DNA of 64,000 nucleotides, taken from the NCBI GenBank assembly GCA_965262715.1, contig OZ253553.1, forward strand, positions 928,001 to 992,000, read 5' to 3'. The notes under the pieces were generated by a model that searched no databases, was not told where the DNA came from, and saw only the letters and a program-made list of their open reading frames with translations. The first letter of the stretch is position 1. Every line of letters starts with the position of its first letter. Made by a program: the position numbers and the translations under genes. Positions 53,123 to 63,172 of the stretch are shown one piece after another. The stretch is from Bdellovibrionales bacterium (lineage in GTDB: Bacteria; Bdellovibrionota; Bdellovibrionia; Bdellovibrionales; JAUICD01).

Positions 53123-54016
53123 CTAAGTTACAGATGTGAGTTTAAGTACGTGATCTTTTACATCAATCACTAAGACTGTCATATCTCTTTGAACACTATT
53201 TTTTTGAGCTTGATACATGATTTCGTTTCTAAGATCATGAGAATCTTTCTTTCTCATTCTCATAAGTAAACTTTCGATAGAATGCCCTTGGTTTTTTATG
53301 GCAGTCGTTAAACCTGGAGTTAAAATCACAAGGCGGTCTTTAGCATTGAGGGAAACCTTAGCTTCTTTAATTCCTTGTTGATTTGCAGGGCCTAATGGAG
53401 GTGATGTGGGTATAAGAGCTTTTGGGGCTTCATTTTTGTTGTCATAAGGTTGAAACCAAATCTTGATTTCTCCGGCATTACAATAGGTCATCTCTAAATT
53501 TCGACGATTGACAATAAGTAGAAAAACATCAGATGCTTGTCCACTTTGTGCTACATCTGACAATTTTTTATTAAGAGATTGAATAATTTTTAAAGGAGAA
53601 GAGCCTCTTTTAGCTTCAATTTGGGAAGACATCTGAATGAGTACAGATAAAAACAAAGCTGCCATAGCATGCCCACAAGAGGATGCTGCAATCACAGCAA
53701 ACCGATATTTATCTTTGAGTTTGAAGATATCAAAGTAATCTCCTCCCTGAAGAGACCCAGCAACATATTTTGTGGAAAAGTCAAATCCAGGAATTTGCAA
53801 AACCTCTGTAGGAATAAGGTATTTTTGCATTTGAGTGGCCATAGAAAGTTGAGATTCAATATTTTTAATTAACACTTTTAATTGTGTATTTAAGCGTTGC
53901 ACTTCATTTTTATATGATTGTAAATCTGTTTGTTTCTGATCTAAGTCTTGTTGAAGTTTTTGAATCTTATATTGCAGTTGAGATATGATATTATCAGATG
54001 GTGTTTTTAAAGACAT
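53123..54016 (-). CDS. coiled-coil plus SpoIIE/PP2C-like domain protein
   Basis: MQKYLIP, GGDYFDI, YCNAG, RDMTVLVI. Confidence 0.8.
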   Translation of the reverse strand: MSLKTPSDNIISQLQYKIQKLQQDLDQKQTDLQSYKNEVQRLNTQLKVLIKNIESQLSMATQMQKYLIPTEVLQIPGFDFSTKYVAGSLQGGDYFDIFKLKDKYRFAVIAASSCGHAMAALFLSVLIQMSSQIEAKRGSSPLKIIQSLNKKLSDVAQSGQASDVFLLIVNRRNLEMTYCNAGEIKIWFQPYDNKNEAPKALIPTSPPLGPANQQGIKEAKVSLNAKDRLVILTPGLTTAIKNQGHSIESLLMRMRKKDSHDLRNEIMYQAQKNSVQRDMTVLVIDVKDHVLKLTSVT

Positions 54017-54161
54017 AAGAATATTCTAAAAGCTCTTATATGAAACCGTCAAGAAATCCATTATTTCTGATAGAGTCAGGTTTAACAAAGTAGGGGTATT
54101 TTTTTTAATCAAAAAGTGATAAAATGCTCTTAAGCTTACTTTTGCTTTTGGAGATTCACTC

Positions 54162-55433
54162 ATGAATGCTCATTCTACACTTACAATTGAGGAAAAAGTC
54201 AGTTTTATCAATAAAGATGAGAAAACTTATGGAAGTTTTGCTGAGATTGGAGCAGGGCAGGAAGTAGCAAGATGCTTTTTTCAAGCTGGACTTTCCTCTA
54301 ATACAGTAGCTAAGACTATTTCAGCCTATGATATGACATTCAGCGATGCTATTTATGGCAGGGAAAAATCAGGACGTTATGTCTGTGAAGATCGTTTGAT
54401 CAAAATGCTAAATCATGAATACAAATTGATAGAAGAACGTTTAGGGCAAAAAAGGGGTCACAACACCCAGTTCTTTGCTTTTGCAAATACAGTAGCTGCA
54501 AAAAGCTATAGTGTGGCTAATGGACATGGTTGGCTAGGACTTCGATTTCAAAGACAATTTTTAGAACCTCCAAGCGATATCATTATTCATGTGAATCTAT
54601 TAGATCCAAGAAATCTTTGGCAAAAAGAAGCTATAGGCATTGTGAGTGTTAATCTGATCTACGCAGCTTTATACCTTAGGAGTGATCCAAGTCAGTTATT
54701 AAAATCTTTATTTGATAATCTTAGACAAGACCGTATTGAAATTGATATGGTGAGATGTTGCGGGCCTGCCTTTTCATTTGTAGATCACAGGTTAATGAAT
54801 CTACATCTTGTGGAATTCCTGTTAGGGCGATGGGCAGTTTTTGGTCCTCATAAAAAAGTTCATCAACCTTCTGAGATTTTTTATGGAAAAAATGTACTGA
54901 TTCACAAAAAAGAACCTCATGTTAAATATACTGCATCTGTCACAAAGCAATTTCTTAATGATTATGATGTCAAATCAACAGATATAATGAACCTTGTAGA
55001 GATCAATTTAGAAGATTTTTCAAAAAATACAAATCTCGATAATTTTTTATCCCGTATAGATAAACTCAATGCTCAAGGTTACTATGTTTTGTTTAATAAT
55101 TATCCAAATATCGCTCATCTTAGCCAAAGATTAAAAACACAAAACATTAAGTCATCTGCATTTGTTTTAAAAATGCAAGACTTAGAAAACTTATTTAAAA
55201 ATCATGATCAATATCAAAAATTTAGTGGAGGTGTCTTAGAAGCTATGGGACAGTTATTTAGTGGAAACACCTCATTATATGTCTACCCTTATCAAGAAGA
55301 GGAGAAAAAGAAAGAACAACTTTCATCAATTAGATCTTTTATTCCTAAAGCACCATATCATAATATTTATGATTGTCTTGTTAAAGAAAACAAAATCAAA
55401 GATATTCAAATAAACTCTGATATTTTTTCTTAG
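54162..55433 (+). CDS. conserved protein, nucleotide adenylyltransferase-like family
   Basis: YGSFAEIGAGQEVAR, KTISAYDMTFSDAIYG, HGWLGLRFQ, LYVYP. Confidence 0.6.
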   Translation: MNAHSTLTIEEKVSFINKDEKTYGSFAEIGAGQEVARCFFQAGLSSNTVAKTISAYDMTFSDAIYGREKSGRYVCEDRLIKMLNHEYKLIEERLGQKRGHNTQFFAFANTVAAKSYSVANGHGWLGLRFQRQFLEPPSDIIIHVNLLDPRNLWQKEAIGIVSVNLIYAALYLRSDPSQLLKSLFDNLRQDRIEIDMVRCCGPAFSFVDHRLMNLHLVEFLLGRWAVFGPHKKVHQPSEIFYGKNVLIHKKEPHVKYTASVTKQFLNDYDVKSTDIMNLVEINLEDFSKNTNLDNFLSRIDKLNAQGYYVLFNNYPNIAHLSQRLKTQNIKSSAFVLKMQDLENLFKNHDQYQKFSGGVLEAMGQLFSGNTSLYVYPYQEEEKKKEQLSSIRSFIPKAPYHNIYDCLVKENKIKDIQINSDIFS

Positions 55434-55475
55434 AAGCCATCTCAAAAATAAAATTTTATATCACCCGTTGAGAAA

Positions 55476-55807
55476 TAAAAATATTTTCCTTAACATTATG
55501 TTAAGAACAAGCAGTATCTCCCTCCTAAAAATAAACGGATTTTTGAGGCAGCCAGCATTTTACTGAAGGGGATACATCCTGCAAGCTTAAGTCTTCATGC
55601 TAACTGTAATAGATAATAACCATTTCCCTAACATAGTGTTAAAAAATGAGAATATCCTACCTACTAAAATGCATCAATTTTCTAGGTGATGACCATACTG
55701 ACAGCGTAAGCATGTCAAGGTCATCACCAGAAAGTGGCCAGAGGCTCGCCTCTGGAGGCTCGCCTCGAGAGGCCAGATGCATTTTAGTGAAATGGATTAG
55801 GGAAATG
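55476..55807 (+). repeat. structured palindromic repeats, partial copy C (55476-55570) and copy D (55621-55807)
   Basis: Shared TTCC(T/C)TAACAT...CTAAAAT leader; GGTGATGACC/GGTCATCACC stem; 14-bp units at 55746-55773. Confidence 0.75.
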
Positions 55808-55981
55808 AAATAGGTGCAAAAATTTAAAACAGATCCCTGTTACCTGATACTGATGCCAGAGTGCCGGTTTGCCAGATCCCGGAAGAAAAGAATGCTTAAC
55901 TAGTTATGAACCTAGTTTTTTTCTATCTATTTACTTATAAAAATGTTACCTATATAGCTTAAAAATATAAAGGAGCTATAT

Positions 55982-57460
55982 ATGCCAACAATCTCCTATC
56001 AGATCACAGATATAGCTGCATTGATTCCATTAACAGTTGTTTTTTTCAGTATGCTAATTTTTAGAAAACCTGCTGTGTTCAGCAATATATTAGGAATTTG
56101 TACTGCATTCTTAATAAGTATTTATATAGGTTTTCAATGGCAACCTTTTCATATTTTGAATATTATTTTTGCTAGTGTGCTTCTCACATTAACTGTTGCC
56201 TTGGTCATTATACCTGGCTTTAGTTTCAACTCTCTTTTTCGAAGCCATGGGTTCGCTCATGGTCTTACAAAATGGATTGAAGAACTTCCAATTAATCGAG
56301 AAGCTAAAACTTTGCTTATTTTACTTGGACTTGCTCCAGCTATAGAATCTCTTACAGGCTTTGGTGTTTCCTTATTTTTAACTATTTCTATTCTCTATCC
56401 TCTTTACTCATTAAAAAAAACTGCTCAACTTGGAAGCTTATCAATGAATATTATGCCATGGGGCACTTTAGCAATGGCAACAGTGATTGGTGGAATGTTA
56501 ATTAATCATGATCCTCAAGAGCTTGGTTTTCTCACAAGCTTAACTAGTTCATTGATTTACCCATATATTGGCATTATATCAGCCTTAGTGATTTCTGATA
56601 AAAATCAAACTAAGAACATAATTTTAGGTTTTTTTATTGGAAGCCTACTTTCATTAACTCTCATTATTAGTAATTGGCTTCTAAGCACTGAAGTGGCTGG
56701 AGTCATCTCTGGATTTATTGTATGTATTGCCGGGGTTTATTTTTTAAAAAATAGACCTATTGAGTTTAAGCAAGGACTTATTTTACTCTTACCTTATTTA
56801 GCTCTGCTAGGACTTGTACTTTTTCAGCGTATGATTCCTGGATTTTATGAAAAATTATCTCAAGCATGGATATTAACAGCAAGTGGAGTCACTGTATCTC
56901 CATTTACTAGTCCAGGGCTTCTATTAGCACTTGTGACATTTGCATTATTTATTTACAAGCCTTCTCATTCTATAAATATAAAAGAAGTACTTAAAAAATC
57001 AAAAAAACCTCTTTTAGGAATGGGGCTCTTTTTTGTTTTGTCTCAAGTCCTTGTTCAAACAGGAATGCTTAAAGCACTCGTCAGTCAAATTGGACGTATT
57101 TTCTCTGACACTCAAATAGTACTTATATCGCCAATACTTGGAGCACTCTCTGGCCTTGCTACTGGTTCTAATGTAGGTGGAAACGCTTTATTAATTAGAG
57201 CACAATATGAAATGGGAATAGAAAGCAGTGGAAATGAACAATTAGCTATTTTACTTACAGCTTTGCAAAACAGCGGGGCTGGTCATGCTGTGTTTTCATC
57301 TATACCAATGATTATTTTACTTTTAGGAATTCTTCACGATGAAAGTGATGGAAAAGCACCAACAGAGAACGAAGTATTACGATTCACTCTTTGTACAACT
57401 TTTGGTATTTTAATTTTGCTATCTATATCAGGTTATATCTTAATGCGCATAATGATTTAA
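55982..57460 (+). CDS. L-lactate permease family transporter
   Basis: ESLTGFG, PWGTLA, ATGSNVGGNAL; many TM helices. Confidence 0.8.
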   Translation: MPTISYQITDIAALIPLTVVFFSMLIFRKPAVFSNILGICTAFLISIYIGFQWQPFHILNIIFASVLLTLTVALVIIPGFSFNSLFRSHGFAHGLTKWIEELPINREAKTLLILLGLAPAIESLTGFGVSLFLTISILYPLYSLKKTAQLGSLSMNIMPWGTLAMATVIGGMLINHDPQELGFLTSLTSSLIYPYIGIISALVISDKNQTKNIILGFFIGSLLSLTLIISNWLLSTEVAGVISGFIVCIAGVYFLKNRPIEFKQGLILLLPYLALLGLVLFQRMIPGFYEKLSQAWILTASGVTVSPFTSPGLLLALVTFALFIYKPSHSINIKEVLKKSKKPLLGMGLFFVLSQVLVQTGMLKALVSQIGRIFSDTQIVLISPILGALSGLATGSNVGGNALLIRAQYEMGIESSGNEQLAILLTALQNSGAGHAVFSSIPMIILLLGILHDESDGKAPTENEVLRFTLCTTFGILILLSISGYILMRIMI

Positions 57461-57536
57461 AAATGAATGATGCTTATCTCAAAATTTCTGAAATGGTTTT
57501 AATATTTTTTTAATTACTTTAGTAGACACATTCAAT

Positions 57537-57565
57537 TTGACATAAAGTACTTCTAGTAGTATTAT
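57537..57565 (+). promoter_or_regulatory. sigma70 promoter with a palindrome in the spacer
   Basis: TTGACA-17 bp-TATTAT; TACTTCTAGTAGTA imperfect palindrome. Confidence 0.7.
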
Positions 57566-57571
57566 TGTTAA

Positions 57572-57769
57572 ATGGGTAAAAAGAAAAGAGGAGGTTATAT
57601 TTTTATCTACTATATTGGAGATCATTACCCTAAGCATGTACATGTCTATAATAAAAAAGGACTAGTCTGTAAGTGGGATATTGAAAGTTGGAGACCAATG
57701 AAAAAAGAGTAACTTATATCTTCCAGTCTTAAGAGATACTTAAAAGAATTATTTGGAGAAGGTAAATGA
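57572..57769 (+). pseudogene. DUF4160-like small toxin with an in-frame TAA at 57710
   Basis: MGKKKRGGYIFIYYIGDHYPKHVHV; frame continues to a TGA overlapping the next ATG. Confidence 0.75.
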
Positions 57770-58233
57770 AAACACCTAAAGTAAAATTTGCTAAGGCTAA
57801 TAACAGAAAAAAAGCTATTGTTATTAAAACATCTAAGATAGAAATGTTCTTGCCTTATTCAAAATTAGTATCTAAACCAAATGCAAATAATAAAATTGTA
57901 AAAGTATTTCCTGATAAAGAAATGAACAATGAAGGGATTATATATTACTTAAAGGATGGAACAAAAGACTCTATCCATATAGATATCTTTTTACATTTTA
58001 ATAAAAACCCTGAATATATGAAAGAAATCACTCTTTATGAATTAACAGTTCAACTTCAGAAGCAAAAGGAAAAACTAAAAACTTCTATTTCAAAGCTAGC
58101 TTATCGGTTAAATACATCCAAAAAACAAATCAAATTGCTCTTAGATCAAACCAACTATAAAAAAACAGTGGATTCTATGTTGGATTTAGCATATGCGCTA
58201 GGTGTCGAACCTGAGATTAACTGCGCAGCTTAA
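57766..58233 (+). CDS. antitoxin-like protein with a C-terminal HTH
   Basis: ISKLAYRLNTSKKQIKLLLD...MLDLAYALG; ATGA coupling to the upstream gene. Confidence 0.7.
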   Translation: MKTPKVKFAKANNRKKAIVIKTSKIEMFLPYSKLVSKPNANNKIVKVFPDKEMNNEGIIYYLKDGTKDSIHIDIFLHFNKNPEYMKEITLYELTVQLQKQKEKLKTSISKLAYRLNTSKKQIKLLLDQTNYKKTVDSMLDLAYALGVEPEINCAA

Positions 58234-58283
58234 TTTTAAAAGGATCATATAAGTTTTTATTTTGTATGAATTCAAAAATACAA

Positions 58284-59816
58284 TTATGTATTCAAAACAG
58301 CTTTAACGGCTTTTTGCAATTCTTTTTTATCTGAAAAAATAAGCTTTTGTTTTTGGTAGACTTGATATTGCTCATGCCCCTTCCCAGCAATTAATAAAAT
58401 ATCATTTTTCTGAGCTAAGCTCACTCCTTTTAAAATAGCTTCTCTTCTATTAACAATCATAAAAATTGGTTTTATCTTCTTAAGACCAAGTGCAATTTCA
58501 TCTAAAATAGATTTAGGATCTTCATCTCTAGGATTATCCGAAGTGATAATAACAATATCGCTGTATTTTTCAGCTATTTCAGCCATAATAGGACGCTTTG
58601 ACCTATCTCTAGATCCTCCACATCCAAAAATAGTAATGATGCGAGAATGGGGGTGAGATTTTAACTGATACAAGCTTTTAAGTGTTTGCTTAAGAGCATC
58701 ACTTGTATGTGCATAGTCAACAAATCCATAAAAAGGTTTTTTTATGACTAGTTCTATGCGACCAGGTACCTTTTTGACATGACTGCTTGCTTTAATAATA
58801 TCTTCAATAGAATAACCCATTCCATTTAAAAGAGCGACACACCCTGCAAAATTCATAATATTATGCTCTCCTATAAGATTTAGTGAACATTTATAAGACT
58901 TTTTTTTCAATATTAATTCTAACTGTAGGCCTTCTAAAGTTGAAGTGCTCTTTAAAACTTGTAGATCAGCTTTATCTTGAGAATATGTCATAGTATTTCC
59001 ATAAGACTCTTTTAAAATTTCTCGACCCCAAGGGTCATCTTTATTGATCACCATAACTTCATTTGGCTTCATTAAATAATCAGAAAAAAGACGTTTCTTA
59101 GCATCAAAGTAAGACTGCATGGAGATATGGTAATCTAAATGATCTTGTGTGAGGTTTGTCCATAAGGCTGCTGAAAATCTTAAGTCATGAACACGGTACT
59201 GAGAAAGTGATTGGCTAGAAACTTCCATCAGTAAAATCGTTATTTGCTCCTCACACATTTGAAAAATTCTTTGATGAAGTATGATAGGGTTTGGAGTGGT
59301 AAGATTTGATGGCCATGTCTGCCTATCAACATGATGATCTATAGTACTTAAAACACCAACTTTTTCTCCTAAACTTTTAAGTAGAGCCTCTAAAATATAC
59401 ACACTTGTGGTTTTTCCATTTGTGCCTGTCACACCAATATATTTGATATTTTTTGCATGAGGATGAGCAAAAAACTGAGAAGCTATTTGACTTAAAGCAA
59501 TTTGGGTGTTCTTAACCCAAATCACAAAGCCATTAAATGTTTTAGATATACAAACTGTATTTAAGAATTGTGACTCTAATACAAGGATAGATGCTTTTTG
59601 AGAAGCTTGTTCTACAAAATCATGCCCATTAATAGTCTGACCTGATATAGCCACAAATAGACTATTAGTTTTAACTTCTCTAGAATCACAAGTAATATGA
59701 GAAATAAAGAGAGTTGCTTTTTTTTGAAAAGTCTCTAAATCTAAAGTTTCTTTTTTAAAAGTGATATGATCTATAGATACATTTTTTAAGATGTCTACTA
59801 GTTTTTTTTTTAACAT
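58284..59816 (-). CDS. murE: UDP-MurNAc-tripeptide synthetase (meso-DAP type)
   Basis: GVTGTNGKTT, MEVSS, TNLTQDHLDYH, DYAHT, DNPR, AGKGHE. Confidence 0.97.
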   Translation of the reverse strand: MLKKKLVDILKNVSIDHITFKKETLDLETFQKKATLFISHITCDSREVKTNSLFVAISGQTINGHDFVEQASQKASILVLESQFLNTVCISKTFNGFVIWVKNTQIALSQIASQFFAHPHAKNIKYIGVTGTNGKTTSVYILEALLKSLGEKVGVLSTIDHHVDRQTWPSNLTTPNPIILHQRIFQMCEEQITILLMEVSSQSLSQYRVHDLRFSAALWTNLTQDHLDYHISMQSYFDAKKRLFSDYLMKPNEVMVINKDDPWGREILKESYGNTMTYSQDKADLQVLKSTSTLEGLQLELILKKKSYKCSLNLIGEHNIMNFAGCVALLNGMGYSIEDIIKASSHVKKVPGRIELVIKKPFYGFVDYAHTSDALKQTLKSLYQLKSHPHSRIITIFGCGGSRDRSKRPIMAEIAEKYSDIVIITSDNPRDEDPKSILDEIALGLKKIKPIFMIVNRREAILKGVSLAQKNDILLIAGKGHEQYQVYQKQKLIFSDKKELQKAVKAVLNT

Positions 59817-60008
59817 AATGTAGTTCTTATATATTCCCAGACATAAACAAAGTCAATGAATCATTGTAAACATCACATGTTACTAGGTAATATTTACATG
59901 CTTTAATTAAAAGATTTAATTTTAATTGACAAAAATATTTTTATTAACTACACTTCTCATAATAATTAATCTCTTGTAAAACTGTTAAATAAAAAAGGTG
60001 CTTAGATT

Positions 60009-60476
60009 ATATTAAAGAAATCAATATTAATATACTTATTTTCTATTTCCTCTCATGATGCTGATGCTGCTAACAATATGGCTGACGAAGATTCAAGTTG
60101 CCCAACAGCTATAATCATGGCTATCGTCAATAACGATAAATCAAGTCTACAAACTTACTTAAATTACCATGCAGATCCCAGTGCTGACTTAACTGGCTGT
60201 GAAGGTGATGAAGTTTATGATGGTTTCCCTAAGGGTTCTACCTTGCTTCATATAGCTGCTTATTCTGCACCAGTTACTTTAGAGTCCTTTGTTGCAAAAA
60301 ACAGCTCTTATCATTTACTTATAGATTATGGAGCAAATCCAAATGTTGCCAATGAAGATGGTTATACACCATCAGACGTAAGATCTTGTGTATATCGGTG
60401 GGGACGTACTCCTTGTAAGCTTTCAATAGAAAACCCTCATCATTACCTATACCGCTTCCGCATGCCTGTTATTTAA
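60009..60476 (+). CDS. ankyrin-repeat protein, probably exported; start codon doubtful
   Basis: GSTLLHIAA...LLIDYGANPNVANEDGYTP; in-frame signal-like leader from ATA at 60009. Confidence 0.65.
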   Translation: MLKKSILIYLFSISSHDADAANNMADEDSSCPTAIIMAIVNNDKSSLQTYLNYHADPSADLTGCEGDEVYDGFPKGSTLLHIAAYSAPVTLESFVAKNSSYHLLIDYGANPNVANEDGYTPSDVRSCVYRWGRTPCKLSIENPHHYLYRFRMPVI

Positions 60477-60789
60477 GACAATCGGGGCAAACTGGCGCAA
60501 ACCAGCAACAGCTCCCAAAAACTGTTTGCTGAATTGCCTGACTACCAGACCTCGTGGATAACGGTGACTTGCTATTTTAACTTTTATTCGCAATAGCAAA
60601 ATACAACCCTTTATTTTTGAGATGGCTTCTATATATGTTTGTATGCATGACATTATTTATGAATACTTTAGGGTAAATCATTATTTTCCATCAATGAATC
60701 TCTTGAATTCATAGAATTTCTATTGACTGATCTCTAGTTAAGATAAATAAAATAATATATAATTATGAATTACAATAAGGGACATCATA

Positions 60790-62856
60790 ATGCGATGGTC
60801 TAAAACTCATATTTACACACTTAAAGATATTTCTGCAAAAGCTGAAATTCCAAGTTATAGATTGATGATCAGAGCAGGATGTATTAAAAAGGTAGCCCCA
60901 GGTATCTACACCTACCAAAACTTAGCACTTAAAGCCCTTCAAAAAGTTCAAACTATCATAAGAGAAGAATTAGACAAAAGAGACTGTATAGAAATTCTAA
61001 TGCCTATGGTACACCCTAAATCCTTATGGGAAGAATCAGGACGCTGGGAAAGTATGGGAGATGCGCTTCTAAAATTTAAAAACAGAAATAACCATGAATT
61101 TTGCCTATCTCCTACACATGAAGAAGTGGTCACAGATCTTATAAGATATGATCTTAAAAGCTATAAAGACTTTCCAAAAAATCTCTATCAAATTCAAACT
61201 AAGTTTCGTGATGAAATCAGACCTCGCTTTGGCCTCCTAAGAGGACGAGAATTTATTATGAAAGATGCTTACAGCTTTGACCTAAATAGTGATACAGCAC
61301 TTGAAAGCTATAATAAAATGCATGAGGCTTACCGCGCTATCTTTGATCGACTTGATATAAACTATAAAATTGTTCAAGCTGACTCAGGAAGTATTGGTGG
61401 CAATCAATCAGAAGAGTTTCATGCTTTAGCAGAAAATGGAGAAGATGCGCTTATGGTCTGCAAATGTCCATCTGCTTATAATCTAGAGATAGCTCCTATA
61501 AAAAAACAAGATATTCAAAATACAACAACTAAGCTTCTACCTATAGAAAAATTTAAGACACCTAACATCAAAACTATTAAAGAGCTTTCAAAATTGACAG
61601 GAATCGATGAAGAGTATCTCATTAAAACAAGACTCTATAAAGGAAAAACAAAAGACAACCAATCATTTGCCTTCTGTGTTCTTGTCCCAGGGTCACATAA
61701 GGTTGATGAAGAAAAACTAAAAAAAGCACTTAAGCTTATTCATCTTGAAGACTTATCAGAAAAAGAAGTTTTTACTCTAACAGGGGCCTCTCCTGGAAGT
61801 TGTGGTCCTATAGGATTAAGATGTCCTATTTATATGGACAAACAGTTACAAGATAGATGTAATTATATAGTAGGAGCAAATAAAACCAACTATCATCTTA
61901 AAAATGTCAACCATTTAGAAAATAGAGACTTTAAAGTTACAGGTTTTATAGATGTGGCAGAAGATGTTCAACCTCTTTATTTTAAAATTCAAGGACATCG
62001 TTATCAGTTTGTTGAAGTTTATCTAAGAAAAAAACACGAAATAGCTCCCCTAAAGCTCAAAAAACACCTTAAACTAGAGGCCACACCAGAAGAAGTAAGT
62101 CTTAATGATCCAGAATTGGAAGAAGCATATCGTACTCTCTCATACTATCATTATAAAGATAATGACTTTACAAAAAGATACCATCCAACACATCCTGTGT
62201 TTATTGAGTCTGAAAATACAAGGAAAACACTTAAAGAAAAAATGCCAGATGTAGAAGAATATGGAGATATACGTTTAGCTAACGAAGGTGACCAATGTCC
62301 AAAGTGTTTAGAAAGGTATAAAAAACTACGCGGTATTGAGTTGGGGCATATTTTCTATCTGGGAAATAAATATTCAAAAGCTATGAAGGCAACATATCTA
62401 GACGATAAAGGCATAGAACATCCTATAGAGATGGGATGTTATGGCATAGGTGTTTCAAGAACCTTGCAGACTCTTATCGAACAAAACCATGATAAAGATG
62501 GTATTATATGGCCTCTTGTAACCACACCCTATCATGTGCATATTTGCCCTTTAGATATGGATGATTCAAGAGTTAAGGCCCTTATAAGGTATTTAGAAGA
62601 AAAGCTTGAAAACTCTGGAATAACAGTATTTATAGATGATAGAAACGAAAGACCAGGTGTTAAATTTAAAGATGCAGATCTTTTAGGGTTTCCTTTCCGC
62701 ATCACTATTGGAAAGAGAAATCTTATTGATACAGATGATATAGAAAATCAACAAATAGAACTTGTTGAAAGAAAAGATACATCCAATACTCAGAAATTAA
62801 AAGTAATAGAAGCTATTAATTATATTAATCAGAAAATCCTACCAAATTTAAAATAA
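60790..62856 (+). CDS. proS: proline-tRNA ligase, bacterial type, with an extra insertion
   Basis: PTHEE, FRDEIRPRFGLLRGREFIMKDAYSF, GIELGHIF, MGCYGIG. Confidence 0.97.
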   Translation: MRWSKTHIYTLKDISAKAEIPSYRLMIRAGCIKKVAPGIYTYQNLALKALQKVQTIIREELDKRDCIEILMPMVHPKSLWEESGRWESMGDALLKFKNRNNHEFCLSPTHEEVVTDLIRYDLKSYKDFPKNLYQIQTKFRDEIRPRFGLLRGREFIMKDAYSFDLNSDTALESYNKMHEAYRAIFDRLDINYKIVQADSGSIGGNQSEEFHALAENGEDALMVCKCPSAYNLEIAPIKKQDIQNTTTKLLPIEKFKTPNIKTIKELSKLTGIDEEYLIKTRLYKGKTKDNQSFAFCVLVPGSHKVDEEKLKKALKLIHLEDLSEKEVFTLTGASPGSCGPIGLRCPIYMDKQLQDRCNYIVGANKTNYHLKNVNHLENRDFKVTGFIDVAEDVQPLYFKIQGHRYQFVEVYLRKKHEIAPLKLKKHLKLEATPEEVSLNDPELEEAYRTLSYYHYKDNDFTKRYHPTHPVFIESENTRKTLKEKMPDVEEYGDIRLANEGDQCPKCLERYKKLRGIELGHIFYLGNKYSKAMKATYLDDKGIEHPIEMGCYGIGVSRTLQTLIEQNHDKDGIIWPLVTTPYHVHICPLDMDDSRVKALIRYLEEKLENSGITVFIDDRNERPGVKFKDADLLGFPFRITIGKRNLIDTDDIENQQIELVERKDTSNTQKLKVIEAINYINQKILPNLK

Positions 62857-62954
62857 ACCATTTACCCTATTATCTTATCATAAAAAATCTTCTAAACTAT
62901 CTTTATATAACCAAAGAAATCTAAGGAGTATAACTTATTCTAAAACTTTTTAAA

Positions 62955-63172
62955 TTGGTATTTATAAATTCGATAGTTTTAATTTTAACTTTAAACTCTT
63001 CTATTCTTTTAGGTTTTGGGATGAGTGATCAAGAATTAGATCAAGCTATTCGCAAATACTTATCAATTTACAATAACTACCAGATAGATGAAAACATAGA
63101 TGAAAATATTGTTAATAATTTTACCAGATTAATTAGAGATCATTCTAATATGTTTAACTACCTTGCAGAACT
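62955..63172 (+). pseudogene. 5' part of an exported hypothetical gene interrupted by IS1634
   Basis: The ORF runs into the IS end at 63173. Confidence 0.4.
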
